The notes: generated by a model not told the origin, from the sequence alone. 64,000 nucleotides of DNA from an uncultured virus (IMG/VR IMGVR_UViG_3300043427_002950) (IMGVR_UViG_3300043427_002950:1-64000); one strand, 5' to 3'. Shown: positions 8,361-17,054, counted from the first letter of the stretch. Numbers and translations are program-made.

Positions 8361-8483
8361 ATGTCTCATAATCCTCAACACGAACCTATGGAACCCTGGG
8401 TAATCTGGGCAGGAGTAGGTATGATGGTATTTACGATCCTTGTGTTTGTCCTGTTCACTCTCGGTCAGATTTATTGGGGATGA
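8361..8483 (+). CDS. Small single-TM protein (40 aa) between psbA and psbD
   Basis: MSHNPQHEPMEPWVIWAGVGMMVFTILVFVLFTLGQIYWG*. Confidence 0.55.
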   Translation: MSHNPQHEPMEPWVIWAGVGMMVFTILVFVLFTLGQIYWG

Positions 8484-8496
8484 GCACTAATACTCA

Positions 8497-8530
8497 TTGA
8501 CTTCTTTGTTAAGAAGTGTTAAGATAAATA
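8497..8530 (+). promoter_or_regulatory. psbD promoter with HLR1-like direct repeat
   Basis: TTGACT-17-TAAGAT; GTTAAGAA-gt-GTTAAGAT at 8508-8525; late-like GATAAATA. Confidence 0.6.
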
Positions 8531-8551
8531 CTGTAAATAAATGAGGAGGAT

Positions 8552-9613
8552 ATGGTTTCATCAGCACTAACACAATCAAATTCACAGAGAGGATGGTTCG
8601 ATGTACTCGATGACTGGCTTAAAAGAGATCGTTTCGTTTTTGTTGGCTGGTCTGGACTTCTTCTTTTTCCCACTGCTTACCTTGCTCTTGGTGGTTGGCT
8701 TACTGGGACAACTTTCGTTACGAGTTGGTATACTCACGGGTTGGCAAGTTCCTATCTGGAGGGTGCAAACTTTCTTACTGCGGCAGTTTCTACTCCAGCA
8801 GATTCTATGGGTCATTCTCTTATGCTTCTCTGGGGTCCTGAGTCTCAAGGGGATATCGTCAGGTGGTTCCAACTTGGGGGACTCTGGCCTTTTGTGGCAC
8901 TCCACGGGGCTTTCGCTCTAATTGGATTTATGCTTCGTCAGTTTGAGATTGCCCGTCTTGTAGGCATTCGTCCTTACAATGCAATCGCATTCTCTGGTCC
9001 TATTGCAGTATTCGTTTCTGTGTTCCTGATGTATCCACTGGGTCAATCCAGTTGGTTCTTTGCTCCCTCTTTTGGAGTCGCAGCAATCTTCAGGTTCCTT
9101 CTGTTTCTTCAGGGTTTCCACAACTGGACCCTCAACCCCTTCCATATGATGGGAGTTGCTGGTATACTGGGTGGAGCACTGCTCTGTGCTATTCACGGAG
9201 CAACTGTAGAAAACACACTATTTGAAGACAGTGAACAAGCAAACACATTCAAGGCATTTGAACCGACTCAAGAGGAAGAGACGTATTCTATGGTTACGGC
9301 TAACAGATTCTGGAGTCAGATCTTCGGTATTGCTTTTAGCAATAAGCGTTGGCTTCATTTCTTCATGTTATTTGTGCCTGTCATGGGTCTTTGGACTTCC
9401 AGCATTGGTATCATTGGTCTTGCCCTTAATCTTCGTGCTTACGATTTTGTGAGTCAGGAGATTCGTGCAGCAGAAGATCCTGAGTTTGAAACGTTCTACA
9501 CAAAGAATATTCTACTCAATGAAGGTCTTCGTGCCTGGATGGCACCAGTAGACCAACCTCATGAGAACTTTGTGTTCCCTGAGGAAGTTCTACCAAGAGG
9601 TAACGCACTTTAA
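8552..9613 (+). CDS. psbD: Photosystem II D2 protein
   Basis: [23 protein letters not shown]...[19 protein letters not shown]. Confidence 0.99.
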   Translation: MVSSALTQSNSQRGWFDVLDDWLKRDRFVFVGWSGLLLFPTAYLALGGWLTGTTFVTSWYTHGLASSYLEGANFLTAAVSTPADSMGHSLMLLWGPESQGDIVRWFQLGGLWPFVALHGAFALIGFMLRQFEIARLVGIRPYNAIAFSGPIAVFVSVFLMYPLGQSSWFFAPSFGVAAIFRFLLFLQGFHNWTLNPFHMMGVAGILGGALLCAIHGATVENTLFEDSEQANTFKAFEPTQEEETYSMVTANRFWSQIFGIAFSNKRWLHFFMLFVPVMGLWTSSIGIIGLALNLRAYDFVSQEIRAAEDPEFETFYTKNILLNEGLRAWMAPVDQPHENFVFPEEVLPRGNAL

Positions 9614-9622
9614 AATAAATAG

Positions 9623-9650
9623 AGGAGTTCCACAAGAACTCCTTTTTTTT
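9623..9650 (+). terminator. Intrinsic terminator after psbD
   Basis: AGGAGTTC-cacaa-GAACTCCT then T-run. Confidence 0.8.
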
Positions 9651-9754
9651 ATGCTTCTAATACTCGCAACTTTTATTGCTTTCGGGATTTTCATGTTTGT
9701 ATTGTCTATTGCACAAGACATATAATTATAATTATGTAAAACTTTTATATTTTT

Positions 9755-10645
9755 ATGAAACTCTGGATGTTATGTAATCGTCTCACAAAGGAAACTTATG
9801 AGAGAGATCGATTTATAGAAGAATCAAATAAATATGGTATCGATTTTTCTGTAGTTTATGCAGATGAATTGGATTTGATTGTATCGCGGGATGATCGTAA
9901 ATCAATTCGATATCTTAATGATGCTGTTGCTCTTCCTGATGTAGTTCTTGCTCGTACTGGAAGTAGTACTGGATATTATAATCTTTCCGTGCTTCGTCAG
10001 TTTGAAAGGTTGAATGTCCCTACACTTCCCAATTCAAATTCGATTGAAGCTGCAAAGGATAAGATGTATGCTATGCAAATTTTTGGGCAGGCGGGTCTTC
10101 CCATTCCCAAAACAATGCTTACTCGGTTTCCAAGTAATAGTGACTTAGTTGAAAAGCAAGTAGGTTTTCCCTGCGTTATGAAAGTTGTCACGGGATCTCA
10201 CGGTGCTGGAGTTTATCTTTGTGAAAATGCAAAGCAATTTGAAGATCTTTCAGAACTTATTTCATCAATAGATTTTAAAAGTTCCATGATTGTTCAAGAA
10301 TATATTGATCAATCGAAGGGACGAGATATTCGTGTGATTGTTGTAGGTGGTAGGGTTATTGGTGCGATGCAAAGGAAATCAGTTGATGGATCTTTTAAAG
10401 CAAATATATCCAGAGGTGGAGTTGGTGAAGGTATTGAAGTAGATGATCAGATGGAACTTTTGGCAATTCAAGTTGCTAAGGTTCTTGATCTTGATATTGC
10501 TGGTGTTGATCTTTTATTTCATGAGGATGGTTATAAAATTTGTGAGGCAAACTCTGCTCCAGGGTTTAAAGGATTTGAAGAAGCACTTGAGATCAATGTT
10601 CCTCAAAAGATTTTTGATTATGCGAAGCTTAGATCAAAGGAATAA
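9755..10645 (+). CDS. rimK: RimK-family ATP-grasp ligase
   Basis: AKDKMYA, GSHGAGV, QEYI..GRDIRVIVVG, FKANISRGG, AGVDLL, CEANSAPGF. Confidence 0.88.
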   Translation: MKLWMLCNRLTKETYERDRFIEESNKYGIDFSVVYADELDLIVSRDDRKSIRYLNDAVALPDVVLARTGSSTGYYNLSVLRQFERLNVPTLPNSNSIEAAKDKMYAMQIFGQAGLPIPKTMLTRFPSNSDLVEKQVGFPCVMKVVTGSHGAGVYLCENAKQFEDLSELISSIDFKSSMIVQEYIDQSKGRDIRVIVVGGRVIGAMQRKSVDGSFKANISRGGVGEGIEVDDQMELLAIQVAKVLDLDIAGVDLLFHEDGYKICEANSAPGFKGFEEALEINVPQKIFDYAKLRSKE

Positions 10646-10661
10646 ATAAGTTAAAAAATAA

Positions 10662-12953
10662 GTGATTTGTAAAATGATTGAAGATATTAGAGTTTTGTTT
10701 TTGGATGAAAATAAAGAAAAGGTATGGGAAACTGATTATATTGTAGATACTTTATTGCCATCGGACAAAAATAAAGAATTGACCTTCTCACCTACAATAG
10801 AAAATGTTCATGGATTGTTTGATGTTTTAGTTTTTAATTGTAGAAAGAAATCATTTAATGAAATCATAAACATTGTAAACATAGTAAACCCCAAAATAAT
10901 AATTCAATTATCCGATGAATATAAGAATGAAGATTTAAATCATTACAATAGATTATCAAAATATTGTAATCTTTATCTCAGACAATATCATCATGAAGGA
11001 TATGAGTATTTTGAAAATACTGCTCATATCCCTTTGGGTTATTGTAATGATGCTGGTTTAGATTTTATGGATTTTTTCCCAGATTCATTTGAAAAAATAC
11101 CAAAAATAAAAAATAGATCTTATAATTGGGGATGGGTGGGAGATATGAAAAATGATAGATGGGAGATGTTGGATAAATTTTCCCAAATACATTCTCATAC
11201 CTATGCCACTAATACTTCAAAAGATGATATGATTGAAAGATATCTTCAATCAAAATTTGTTCCTTGTGGACGAGGAAATTCTACTTTAGATTGCTATAGA
11301 TTGTACGAAGCATCAATGTGTGGGTCTATACCATGCGTAGTTGGATCCGTTAATGAAATATCGCAAACTTTTAAATATGAAGAATCTCCTCCATGGATTT
11401 TGGGCAGAAGTTGGGATGAAGTAGTTCATAAATGCAAACTTCTTTTACATGATGAGGAAAAATTACAAGAAGTTCAAAATGAAGTTCTTAAATGGTGGCA
11501 TAATAGAATAATGAAAATTAATAAAAAGGTTTCTAATTCTTTAAATGAAAACAGAATAGATTTAGAAAATATTGAAGATGAAATAGCATTAGATCATTAT
11601 TGGCAAGATGATAGTATTTTTGGAGAAAACTGGTTTTCATATCCAAATTTGTATAAGAACGTAGTTAATTTGGCGAAAGATGGTGATATTTTTGTTGAAG
11701 TTGGTGCATGGAAAGGTAGATCAACTTCCTGCCTTGCTGTAGAAATTGCTAATTCCAAAAAAGATATTACTTTATACGTTATTGATACGTGGGAAGGTAG
11801 CATAGAGCATTTAAATAATTCGGAAAAAGAATCTTTGCCAACTCTTTATGAAACATTCATGGCAAATATGAAGCCAGTTGAAAAATATTATTTTCCTCTA
11901 AAAATGACATCCGAAGAAGCATCAAAAAAATTCAAAGATAAGTCTTTAAAATTTGTTTTCTTGGATGCTTCTCATGAATATGAAGATGTAAAAAGAGATA
12001 TTCAAAATTGGATTTCAAAAGTAAAGCCTGGTGGAATATTGGCAGGACATGATTATTATCCAGATGATGGAAGATATGATTGGTTTCCTGGGGTAAAACA
12101 AGCAGTTAATGAAACGATCAAAGATTTTGATATTAGTGAACTCTGTTTTATTCATAATGTAATTGATGATAATAAGATAAAGTTTGAAGGATTTCCATCT
12201 GTAAATTATATAAGCATAGAAGAAACGGAAGATAGAAGAAATATTTTACATAAAAAATTTGAAGAATATGGGATTGAAAATGTAACTCCCAGAATATATA
12301 AAAGATATAATGATGAAGAACATAAAATAGAATCTCAACTTTTACACAGATTAAGTATTGGAAGTAGAGGTCCAGTTACTTCCCATTTGAAGGCCATTAA
12401 AGAATGGTATTATGAAACCAATGAACCGTATACTTTTATTTGTGAGGATGACTTGGGATTTCAAACTGTAAAGTATTGGAACTTTACATGGAAAGAATTT
12501 TTTAATTCTCTGCCAGAGGATTGGGAATGTGTTCAGTTGTGTTTATTGCGAGAAGATTTTCACAGATTCAGCATTGGATTCAGAAACAGATGTTGGTGTG
12601 ATTGGTCTGGATGTGCCTACTTAATAAGTAGAGAACATGCAAGAAAATTGGTAGAAACATATTATCCAAATGATACCTTTACTCTAGATTATGTTGGACA
12701 GGATATGTTTGCCAGAGAGGAATGGGCTAGAATACCTGTGATTGAAACTATAATATATTCAAACTTTGGGAAAGTTTATTCGTTCCCATTATTTGTTGAG
12801 GATATTCAAAATTGCCCTTCAAGTTATTTTAATGCCACTGGAATAAGAACTGGAGAAACTGATCATCATCATCAAAATTCATTTAATATTTCCTTAGAAT
12901 GGTGGAGATCAAATGCACAATTTAAAACTATAGACCAGTTAAAAGTCATTTGA
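10662..12953 (+). CDS. Fusion protein: exostosin/GT47-like + class I SAM methyltransferase + GT25-like glycosyltransferase
   Basis: SKFVPCGRGN..DCYRLYEASMCGSIP; VEVGAWKGRS..FLDASHEYEDV..GGILAGHDY; YISIEETEDRR..SHLKAI..ICEDDL. Confidence 0.75.
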   Translation: MICKMIEDIRVLFLDENKEKVWETDYIVDTLLPSDKNKELTFSPTIENVHGLFDVLVFNCRKKSFNEIINIVNIVNPKIIIQLSDEYKNEDLNHYNRLSKYCNLYLRQYHHEGYEYFENTAHIPLGYCNDAGLDFMDFFPDSFEKIPKIKNRSYNWGWVGDMKNDRWEMLDKFSQIHSHTYATNTSKDDMIERYLQSKFVPCGRGNSTLDCYRLYEASMCGSIPCVVGSVNEISQTFKYEESPPWILGRSWDEVVHKCKLLLHDEEKLQEVQNEVLKWWHNRIMKINKKVSNSLNENRIDLENIEDEIALDHYWQDDSIFGENWFSYPNLYKNVVNLAKDGDIFVEVGAWKGRSTSCLAVEIANSKKDITLYVIDTWEGSIEHLNNSEKESLPTLYETFMANMKPVEKYYFPLKMTSEEASKKFKDKSLKFVFLDASHEYEDVKRDIQNWISKVKPGGILAGHDYYPDDGRYDWFPGVKQAVNETIKDFDISELCFIHNVIDDNKIKFEGFPSVNYISIEETEDRRNILHKKFEEYGIENVTPRIYKRYNDEEHKIESQLLHRLSIGSRGPVTSHLKAIKEWYYETNEPYTFICEDDLGFQTVKYWNFTWKEFFNSLPEDWECVQLCLLREDFHRFSIGFRNRCWCDWSGCAYLISREHARKLVETYYPNDTFTLDYVGQDMFAREEWARIPVIETIIYSNFGKVYSFPLFVEDIQNCPSSYFNATGIRTGETDHHHQNSFNISLEWWRSNAQFKTIDQLKVI

Positions 12954-13001
12954 TCATTTGTTTTTTATGTGCTATAATTCCATCTCAACCTTAAAACTAA
13001 A

Positions 13002-13244
13002 ATGAAATTTACTGTATATTCAAAAAATGGATGCCCATACTGTGAAAAAATTCAAAGGGTATTGGGTTTGACAAATGTTGATCACACGATTTATTATTTG
13101 GATGAAGACTTTACTAAAGAAGAATTTTTAGAAAAATTTGGAAGTGAATCTTCCTTTCCTCAGGTAATTTTAGATAATGATGTTTCTCTGGGGGGATGTA
13201 TTGAAACCGTAAAATTTTTAAAAGAAAATAAAATAGTAAGTTGA
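13002..13244 (+). CDS. nrdC: Glutaredoxin
   Basis: CPYC active site, SFPQV, GG motifs. Confidence 0.88.
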   Translation: MKFTVYSKNGCPYCEKIQRVLGLTNVDHTIYYLDEDFTKEEFLEKFGSESSFPQVILDNDVSLGGCIETVKFLKENKIVS

Positions 13245-13447
13245 TGCAAGAAAACAATGATAAAACAGATCTAAATAAAGAAGAACCTCACATAAATCGG
13301 GGGTTTGAATTAATGTTACGGCAACATGGAGGGAAAAAAGTTTTCAAATCTAAAACATTTAATTTTAGATTTGAAAAAACATTATCTCTCCTAAAAAGAG
13401 AGATACAAATAAACTTTGATTTCGGAATTGATATTAAAAAAAAGTAA
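13241..13447 (+). CDS. Hypothetical protein
   Basis: Coupled ORF in operon. Confidence 0.6.
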   Translation: MMQENNDKTDLNKEEPHINRGFELMLRQHGGKKVFKSKTFNFRFEKTLSLLKREIQINFDFGIDIKKK

Positions 13448-13467
13448 CTCTCTAAGGAGGAAAACCA

Positions 13468-13710
13468 ATGGAAGTACTGCCTTTTGTTGTAACCTTTACT
13501 GTTTTATTCACAGTAATGTTTTTTATTCTTGGGGGAGTTGTTGGTTGGATAGCAAAAGAATTTTTAAATGAAAAATTCTTTAAGTTGCCTCATAACATAC
13601 ATCCAGAAATGCTCGACGAAAATGGCAATATATTGCCAGATCAAACTATAGCTGTTAATTTTTATCCTGAATCATACTATGACTACAACGAAGACGAAGA
13701 CGAAGATTGA
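13468..13710 (+). CDS. Hypothetical membrane protein (cyanophage-type)
   Basis: AGGAGG SD; N-terminal TM, HPEMLDENG motif, acidic tail. Confidence 0.7.
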   Translation: MEVLPFVVTFTVLFTVMFFILGGVVGWIAKEFLNEKFFKLPHNIHPEMLDENGNILPDQTIAVNFYPESYYDYNEDEDED

Positions 13711-14263
13711 ATGGTCTGTTCCAAAACTTCAGCCAAATCCATTCATGCACGAAATTCTTGGAGCTGTTTCTAAGCAAAGAACAGTAGCTCAAAAAGTAGA
13801 GACTCTCCAAGCATATAAAAATCCTGCTCTCACTACGATTCTTATTATGAATTTTGATGAGAGTGTTGTCTCTATTTTGCCAGAGGGAGATGTTCCTTAT
13901 GCTGGTGTTGATGAGCAAACTTCTGTTGGCGGAAACCTTAGTGATCTTGTCAATAGTAAAACTAAGAATCAAGGTTTAAAGACCAGTGGTTATTATGGAA
14001 CTGAAGATTTTGTAGAAGAAAAAAACAAAACTTCCATTCGTAATGAATATCAAAATTTTTATATTTATTGCAGAAACGGCAATAATCAAATTACTCAAAT
14101 GAAAAAAGAAACCATGTTTATTAACATGCTTTCTGGATTGCATCCGTTTGAAGCTGAAATTATGATTTTGGTAAAAGATAAGAAGTTGCAAAATAAATAT
14201 AAAATAACAAAGGACATTATATCCCAAGCCTATCCTGAAATTACTTGGGGAGGAAGGTCTTGA
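13679..14263 (+). CDS. Conserved T4-like cyanophage hypothetical protein
   Basis: NFDESV.S.LPEGDVPY and KKETMFINMLSGLHPFEAEI motifs. Confidence 0.75.
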   Translation: MTTTKTKTKIEWSVPKLQPNPFMHEILGAVSKQRTVAQKVETLQAYKNPALTTILIMNFDESVVSILPEGDVPYAGVDEQTSVGGNLSDLVNSKTKNQGLKTSGYYGTEDFVEEKNKTSIRNEYQNFYIYCRNGNNQITQMKKETMFINMLSGLHPFEAEIMILVKDKKLQNKYKITKDIISQAYPEITWGGRS

Positions 14264-14595
14264 ATGTAAATACGGAGGTAGACGTAAAAATGGAATCTTG
14301 GTCTTCTGAAGAAAAGAAAAATCTGCCTCCAAAATATGGTTGCACTATTTTAGTTGAAAACGCAACCATGGAACAATTGAAAGATCCATCATGGCCTCTT
14401 GATGCATACATTATAAAGTATGAGATAGAAAATAAAATTTTTATGGACCTTTGTAGAGGTACAAGAGTAAAAATATTTGATTTATATTATGATAAGTTTG
14501 GTCCTGGAGTTGTTCGGGACATTGGATGGGGATATGGAAAAGTTAACCCAAAACTTTGGGGGTATCAATCAAAAAGTAAAAATAAAAAGAAATGA
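14245..14595 (+). CDS. Hypothetical protein
   Basis: IFDLYYDKFG, GYGKVNPKLWG motifs; start uncertain. Confidence 0.7.
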   Translation: MGRKVLNVNTEVDVKMESWSSEEKKNLPPKYGCTILVENATMEQLKDPSWPLDAYIIKYEIENKIFMDLCRGTRVKIFDLYYDKFGPGVVRDIGWGYGKVNPKLWGYQSKSKNKKK

Positions 14596-14798
14596 AAGGA
14601 TTCTCGGATAAAAAGGAAGAAGAGGTTGGAAAAATTCAATCTATTATCAATCAAGCAGAAGTAACTAAATTAATTAAAAGATATAAAAAAATTAGAAAAT
14701 TTAAAAAATCTAATATCCATACTATAAATAAACTCGACGGAAGAGAAGATATCGTCCAAAAATTAGTAAATGAATATATGGAGAATAATCCAGAATAA
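14592..14798 (+). CDS. Hypothetical protein
   Basis: Coupled ORF. Confidence 0.6.
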   Translation: MKGFSDKKEEEVGKIQSIINQAEVTKLIKRYKKIRKFKKSNIHTINKLDGREDIVQKLVNEYMENNPE

Positions 14799-15124
14799 TG
14801 GGCAAGCATTACTTACTCAATCTCTACGGATGCTCATTCGTTCTTTTGAACGATGAGCATTTTCTTATTGATCTACTTGAAAATGCAGCGGCAGCAAGTG
14901 GAGCAACTGTATGTCAAACGATTTATAAGAAGTTTGATCCTCAAGGGGTTACGGTAATTTGTTTACTTTCAGAAAGTCATATTAGTATTCATACATGGCC
15001 AGAGGAAGGAAAGGCAGCATGTGATGTTTATACTTGTGGTGATTGTCAACCAAAAATTGGATGTGATATAATCATTCAACAACTCTACGCAACCAATCAT
15101 ACATTGAGTTATATTGAAAGGTAA
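14798..15124 (+). CDS. speD: S-adenosylmethionine decarboxylase proenzyme family
   Basis: GKHYLLNLYGC, PQGVT, LSESHISIHTWPE (pyruvoyl cleavage site), DVYTCG. Confidence 0.92.
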   Translation: MGKHYLLNLYGCSFVLLNDEHFLIDLLENAAAASGATVCQTIYKKFDPQGVTVICLLSESHISIHTWPEEGKAACDVYTCGDCQPKIGCDIIIQQLYATNHTLSYIER

Positions 15125-15125
15125 T

Positions 15126-15141
15126 TGTAACAAGTGTTACA
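15126..15141 (+). promoter_or_regulatory. NtcA-box-like palindrome
   Basis: TGTA-acaagtgt-TACA, matching GTA-N8-TAC, 7 bp upstream of a -35. Confidence 0.65.
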
Positions 15142-15148
15142 AACTGAC

Positions 15149-15177
15149 TTGACTACATAAATAATGAGGATTAGAAT
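15149..15177 (+). promoter_or_regulatory. Sigma70-type promoter for the riboswitch operon
   Basis: TTGACT-17-TAGAAT; predicted start of transcription falls at the 5' end of the first aptamer; late-like CATAAATA in the spacer. Confidence 0.7.
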
Positions 15178-15184
15178 GCCTCTA

Positions 15185-15235
15185 CGTTCATTTGCTATTT
15201 GCAAATAGCAAACGGAAGTAAGCCGACTCGGAACG
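15185..15235 (+). ncRNA. Glutamine riboswitch aptamer 1 (glnA/Downstream-peptide-like)
   Basis: P1 CGTTC/GAACG; perfect P2 TTTGCTATTT-gc-AAATAGCAAA; CGGAAGTAAGCCGAC junction. Confidence 0.75.
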
Positions 15236-15238
15236 GAT

Positions 15239-15407
15239 CGTTCATCTATGGAAGCACTCATTCTAACTTGTTTACAAGCACAATTGATTGTTTCTCGGGT
15301 TAATGCATACTCATTGCCAAAGCAGATCCGAAATGATTTGATTTGGGAGGTGAAGCAAATATCTCCGAAGGAGTGCAAAATAGACGCAAAAGCCGACTGA
15401 AGGAACG
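15239..15407 (+). ncRNA. Glutamine riboswitch aptamer 2 (Downstream-peptide/glutamine-II-like) with about 130-nt P2 loop
   Basis: CGTTCA-TCTAT...ATAGA-CGCAAAAGCCGACTGAAGGAACG; shares AAGCCGACT core with aptamer 1; lies upstream of a YRG peptide gene. Confidence 0.7.
15248..15400 (+). CDS. 50-aa ORF nested inside aptamer 2
   Basis: MEALILTCLQAQLIVSRVNAYSLPKQIRNDLIWEVKQISPKECKIDAKAD*; not in ORF track. Confidence 0.6.
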   Translation: MEALILTCLQAQLIVSRVNAYSLPKQIRNDLIWEVKQISPKECKIDAKAD

Positions 15408-15439
15408 CTCTTTAACCTAAAAACTAAGGAGAAAACCTA

Positions 15440-15598
15440 ATGTCACAAGCAACTTATAGGGGTTGTCAGTATAATACCGACACACCTAAAGAAGAATATC
15501 GTAAGTGGTATTCTAAAACACATGCACCAGCACATCCACAAAATACATACCGTGGAATTCCCTATCGTCCTTGCAATAATGGGGAGGTGGCAAAATGA
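15440..15598 (+). CDS. DUF4278-like YRG-motif peptide (52 aa)
   Basis: MSQATYRGCQY...NTYRGIPY...*; AAGGAG SD; two YRG motifs. Confidence 0.8.
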   Translation: MSQATYRGCQYNTDTPKEEYRKWYSKTHAPAHPQNTYRGIPYRPCNNGEVAK

Positions 15599-15702
15599 TT
15601 GTCAAATTAAATCCTCTTCAGATTATTAAAGATAAAAAAGAAAAAGACGAAAAACTTAAAGAAGCACAATTGAATATGGCAAAGCAACCACAAGTTGCTT
15701 AA
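15595..15702 (+). CDS. Small basic helical peptide (35 aa)
   Basis: MIVKLNPLQIIKDKKEKDEKLKEAQLNMAKQPQVA*; GGAGG SD, ATGA coupling. Confidence 0.6.
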   Translation: MIVKLNPLQIIKDKKEKDEKLKEAQLNMAKQPQVA

Positions 15703-15709
15703 TAAATTA

Positions 15710-15738
15710 GAGAGGGACTTGACTCCCTCTCTTTTTTT
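15710..15738 (+). terminator. Intrinsic terminator ending the riboswitch operon
   Basis: GAGAGGGA-cttgac-TCCCTCTC then T-run. Confidence 0.8.
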
Positions 15739-15771
15739 GTGTAAAATGTACATGTCGAACAAATATATTTC

Positions 15772-15921
15772 ATGGATAAAGAAAAGGTTTCGTGGATAAT
15801 AGAAAACATGGAAATTCTTATTTCCATGCTTAAAGAAGAAGTTAAAACCGAATCAAATGATTTTCAAACTTTTCTTCCACCAGATCTTGATGATGACATT
15901 GAATACTACGAGGAGGATTAA
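15772..15921 (+). CDS. Hypothetical protein (49 aa)
   Basis: MDKEKVSWIIENMEILISMLKEEV...YYEED*. Confidence 0.6.
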   Translation: MDKEKVSWIIENMEILISMLKEEVKTESNDFQTFLPPDLDDDIEYYEED

Positions 15922-15923
15922 AA

Positions 15924-16112
15924 ATGTACGAAACATTAACTGAATTTGAAAGAGCACTTGCTCGATTTGGAGATAAAGTTCAATATATTGTTGGACTTGA
16001 AGTATCTGATAAAATGTCTCCCGAAGTTGCATATCAGGAGATTAAAGATATGATGAAGGAACTCAAAAAACTTCGTAAAAAAGAAAAAGATAGTTGGGAG
16101 ATTGAAGAATGA
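15924..16112 (+). CDS. Hypothetical protein
   Basis: GAGGAGG SD; 62-aa helical ORF. Confidence 0.7.
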   Translation: MYETLTEFERALARFGDKVQYIVGLEVSDKMSPEVAYQEIKDMMKELKKLRKKEKDSWEIEE

Positions 16113-16783
16113 ATACAAAACTAATTGCTATCACTCAGGGTGCTGGTGATCTGATTGAACAGAATGCTCAAGAGGTAATCTCTTACATTGCCCGTGTCAG
16201 CAACCCAAACAATCAACTCAACTTTGATACTGCTGCTGGATTGCTTCGGTATTGTATCAAGCATGAGCACTGGAGCATCTTTGAACATGCCTTTATGACC
16301 CTGGAGATCAACACTACCAGGGGCATTGCTGCCCAGATCCTCAGGCATCGTTCATTCACCTTCCAGGAGTTCTCACAGAGGTATGCTGATAGCTCTTTGC
16401 TTGGGAATATTCCCGTTCCTGAACTTCGTCGTCAGGACACCAAGAATCGTCAGAATAGTATTGATGATGTAGATCCTTTCGTTCTTCAAAAGTATGAAAT
16501 GTTGAATCAAGATTATTTCAAAAGAGGAATGGATCTTTATAAGCAAATGTTGAATGATGGTATTGCTAAAGAATGTGCTAGATTCATTCTTCCTCTTGCA
16601 ACTCCTACACGAATTTACATGACTGGTTCTTGTCGTTCTTGGATTCATTATATTCAACTTCGTTCTGAAAATGGAACACAGCAGGAGCATATGGATATTG
16701 CTAAAGAATGTCAGTGTATTTTTGCTGGACAATTTCCCAATGTTGCAGAAGCATTGGAGTGGAATACACATAATAAATACTGA
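16109..16783 (+). CDS. thyX: FAD-dependent thymidylate synthase
   Basis: HWSIFEH, QILRHRSFTFQEFSQRY (RHRx7S motif), ECARFILP. Confidence 0.96.
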   Translation: MNTKLIAITQGAGDLIEQNAQEVISYIARVSNPNNQLNFDTAAGLLRYCIKHEHWSIFEHAFMTLEINTTRGIAAQILRHRSFTFQEFSQRYADSSLLGNIPVPELRRQDTKNRQNSIDDVDPFVLQKYEMLNQDYFKRGMDLYKQMLNDGIAKECARFILPLATPTRIYMTGSCRSWIHYIQLRSENGTQQEHMDIAKECQCIFAGQFPNVAEALEWNTHNKY

Positions 16784-16802
16784 TACACATTATTATTAGA
16801 AA

Positions 16803-17054
16803 ATGGCAACATATCCTGTTATTCACATTACAACTGGTGAACAAAAAGAAGTGGAAATGAGTATCCATGATTGGGATCAATGGAAAAAAGATAACCCAGA
16901 ATGGACACGGGATTGGTCTGATCCATCAACTTGCCCTTCAGCAGGGGAAGTTGGTGAATGGCGTGATAAACTTGAAAATAAACATTCTGGTTGGAAAGAA
17001 GTTTTAGATAAAGCTGCAAAATCTGCTGGATCCAAAAATCAAATTAGAAGGTAA
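16803..17054 (+). CDS. Conserved cyanophage hypothetical protein
   Basis: MATYPV..TGEQKE.., between thyX and phoH. Confidence 0.75.
   Translation: MATYPVIHITTGEQKEVEMSIHDWDQWKKDNPEWTRDWSDPSTCPSAGEVGEWRDKLENKHSGWKEVLDKAAKSAGSKNQIRR

Noticed and set aside
7228..9613. Introns or homing endonucleases in psbA/psbD
   Set aside because: Both genes are continuous and full length, and the intergenic gap is too short for an endonuclease
15109..15378. 89-aa minus-strand ORF
   Set aside because: Antisense to the promoter, aptamers and nested ORF; no recognisable features
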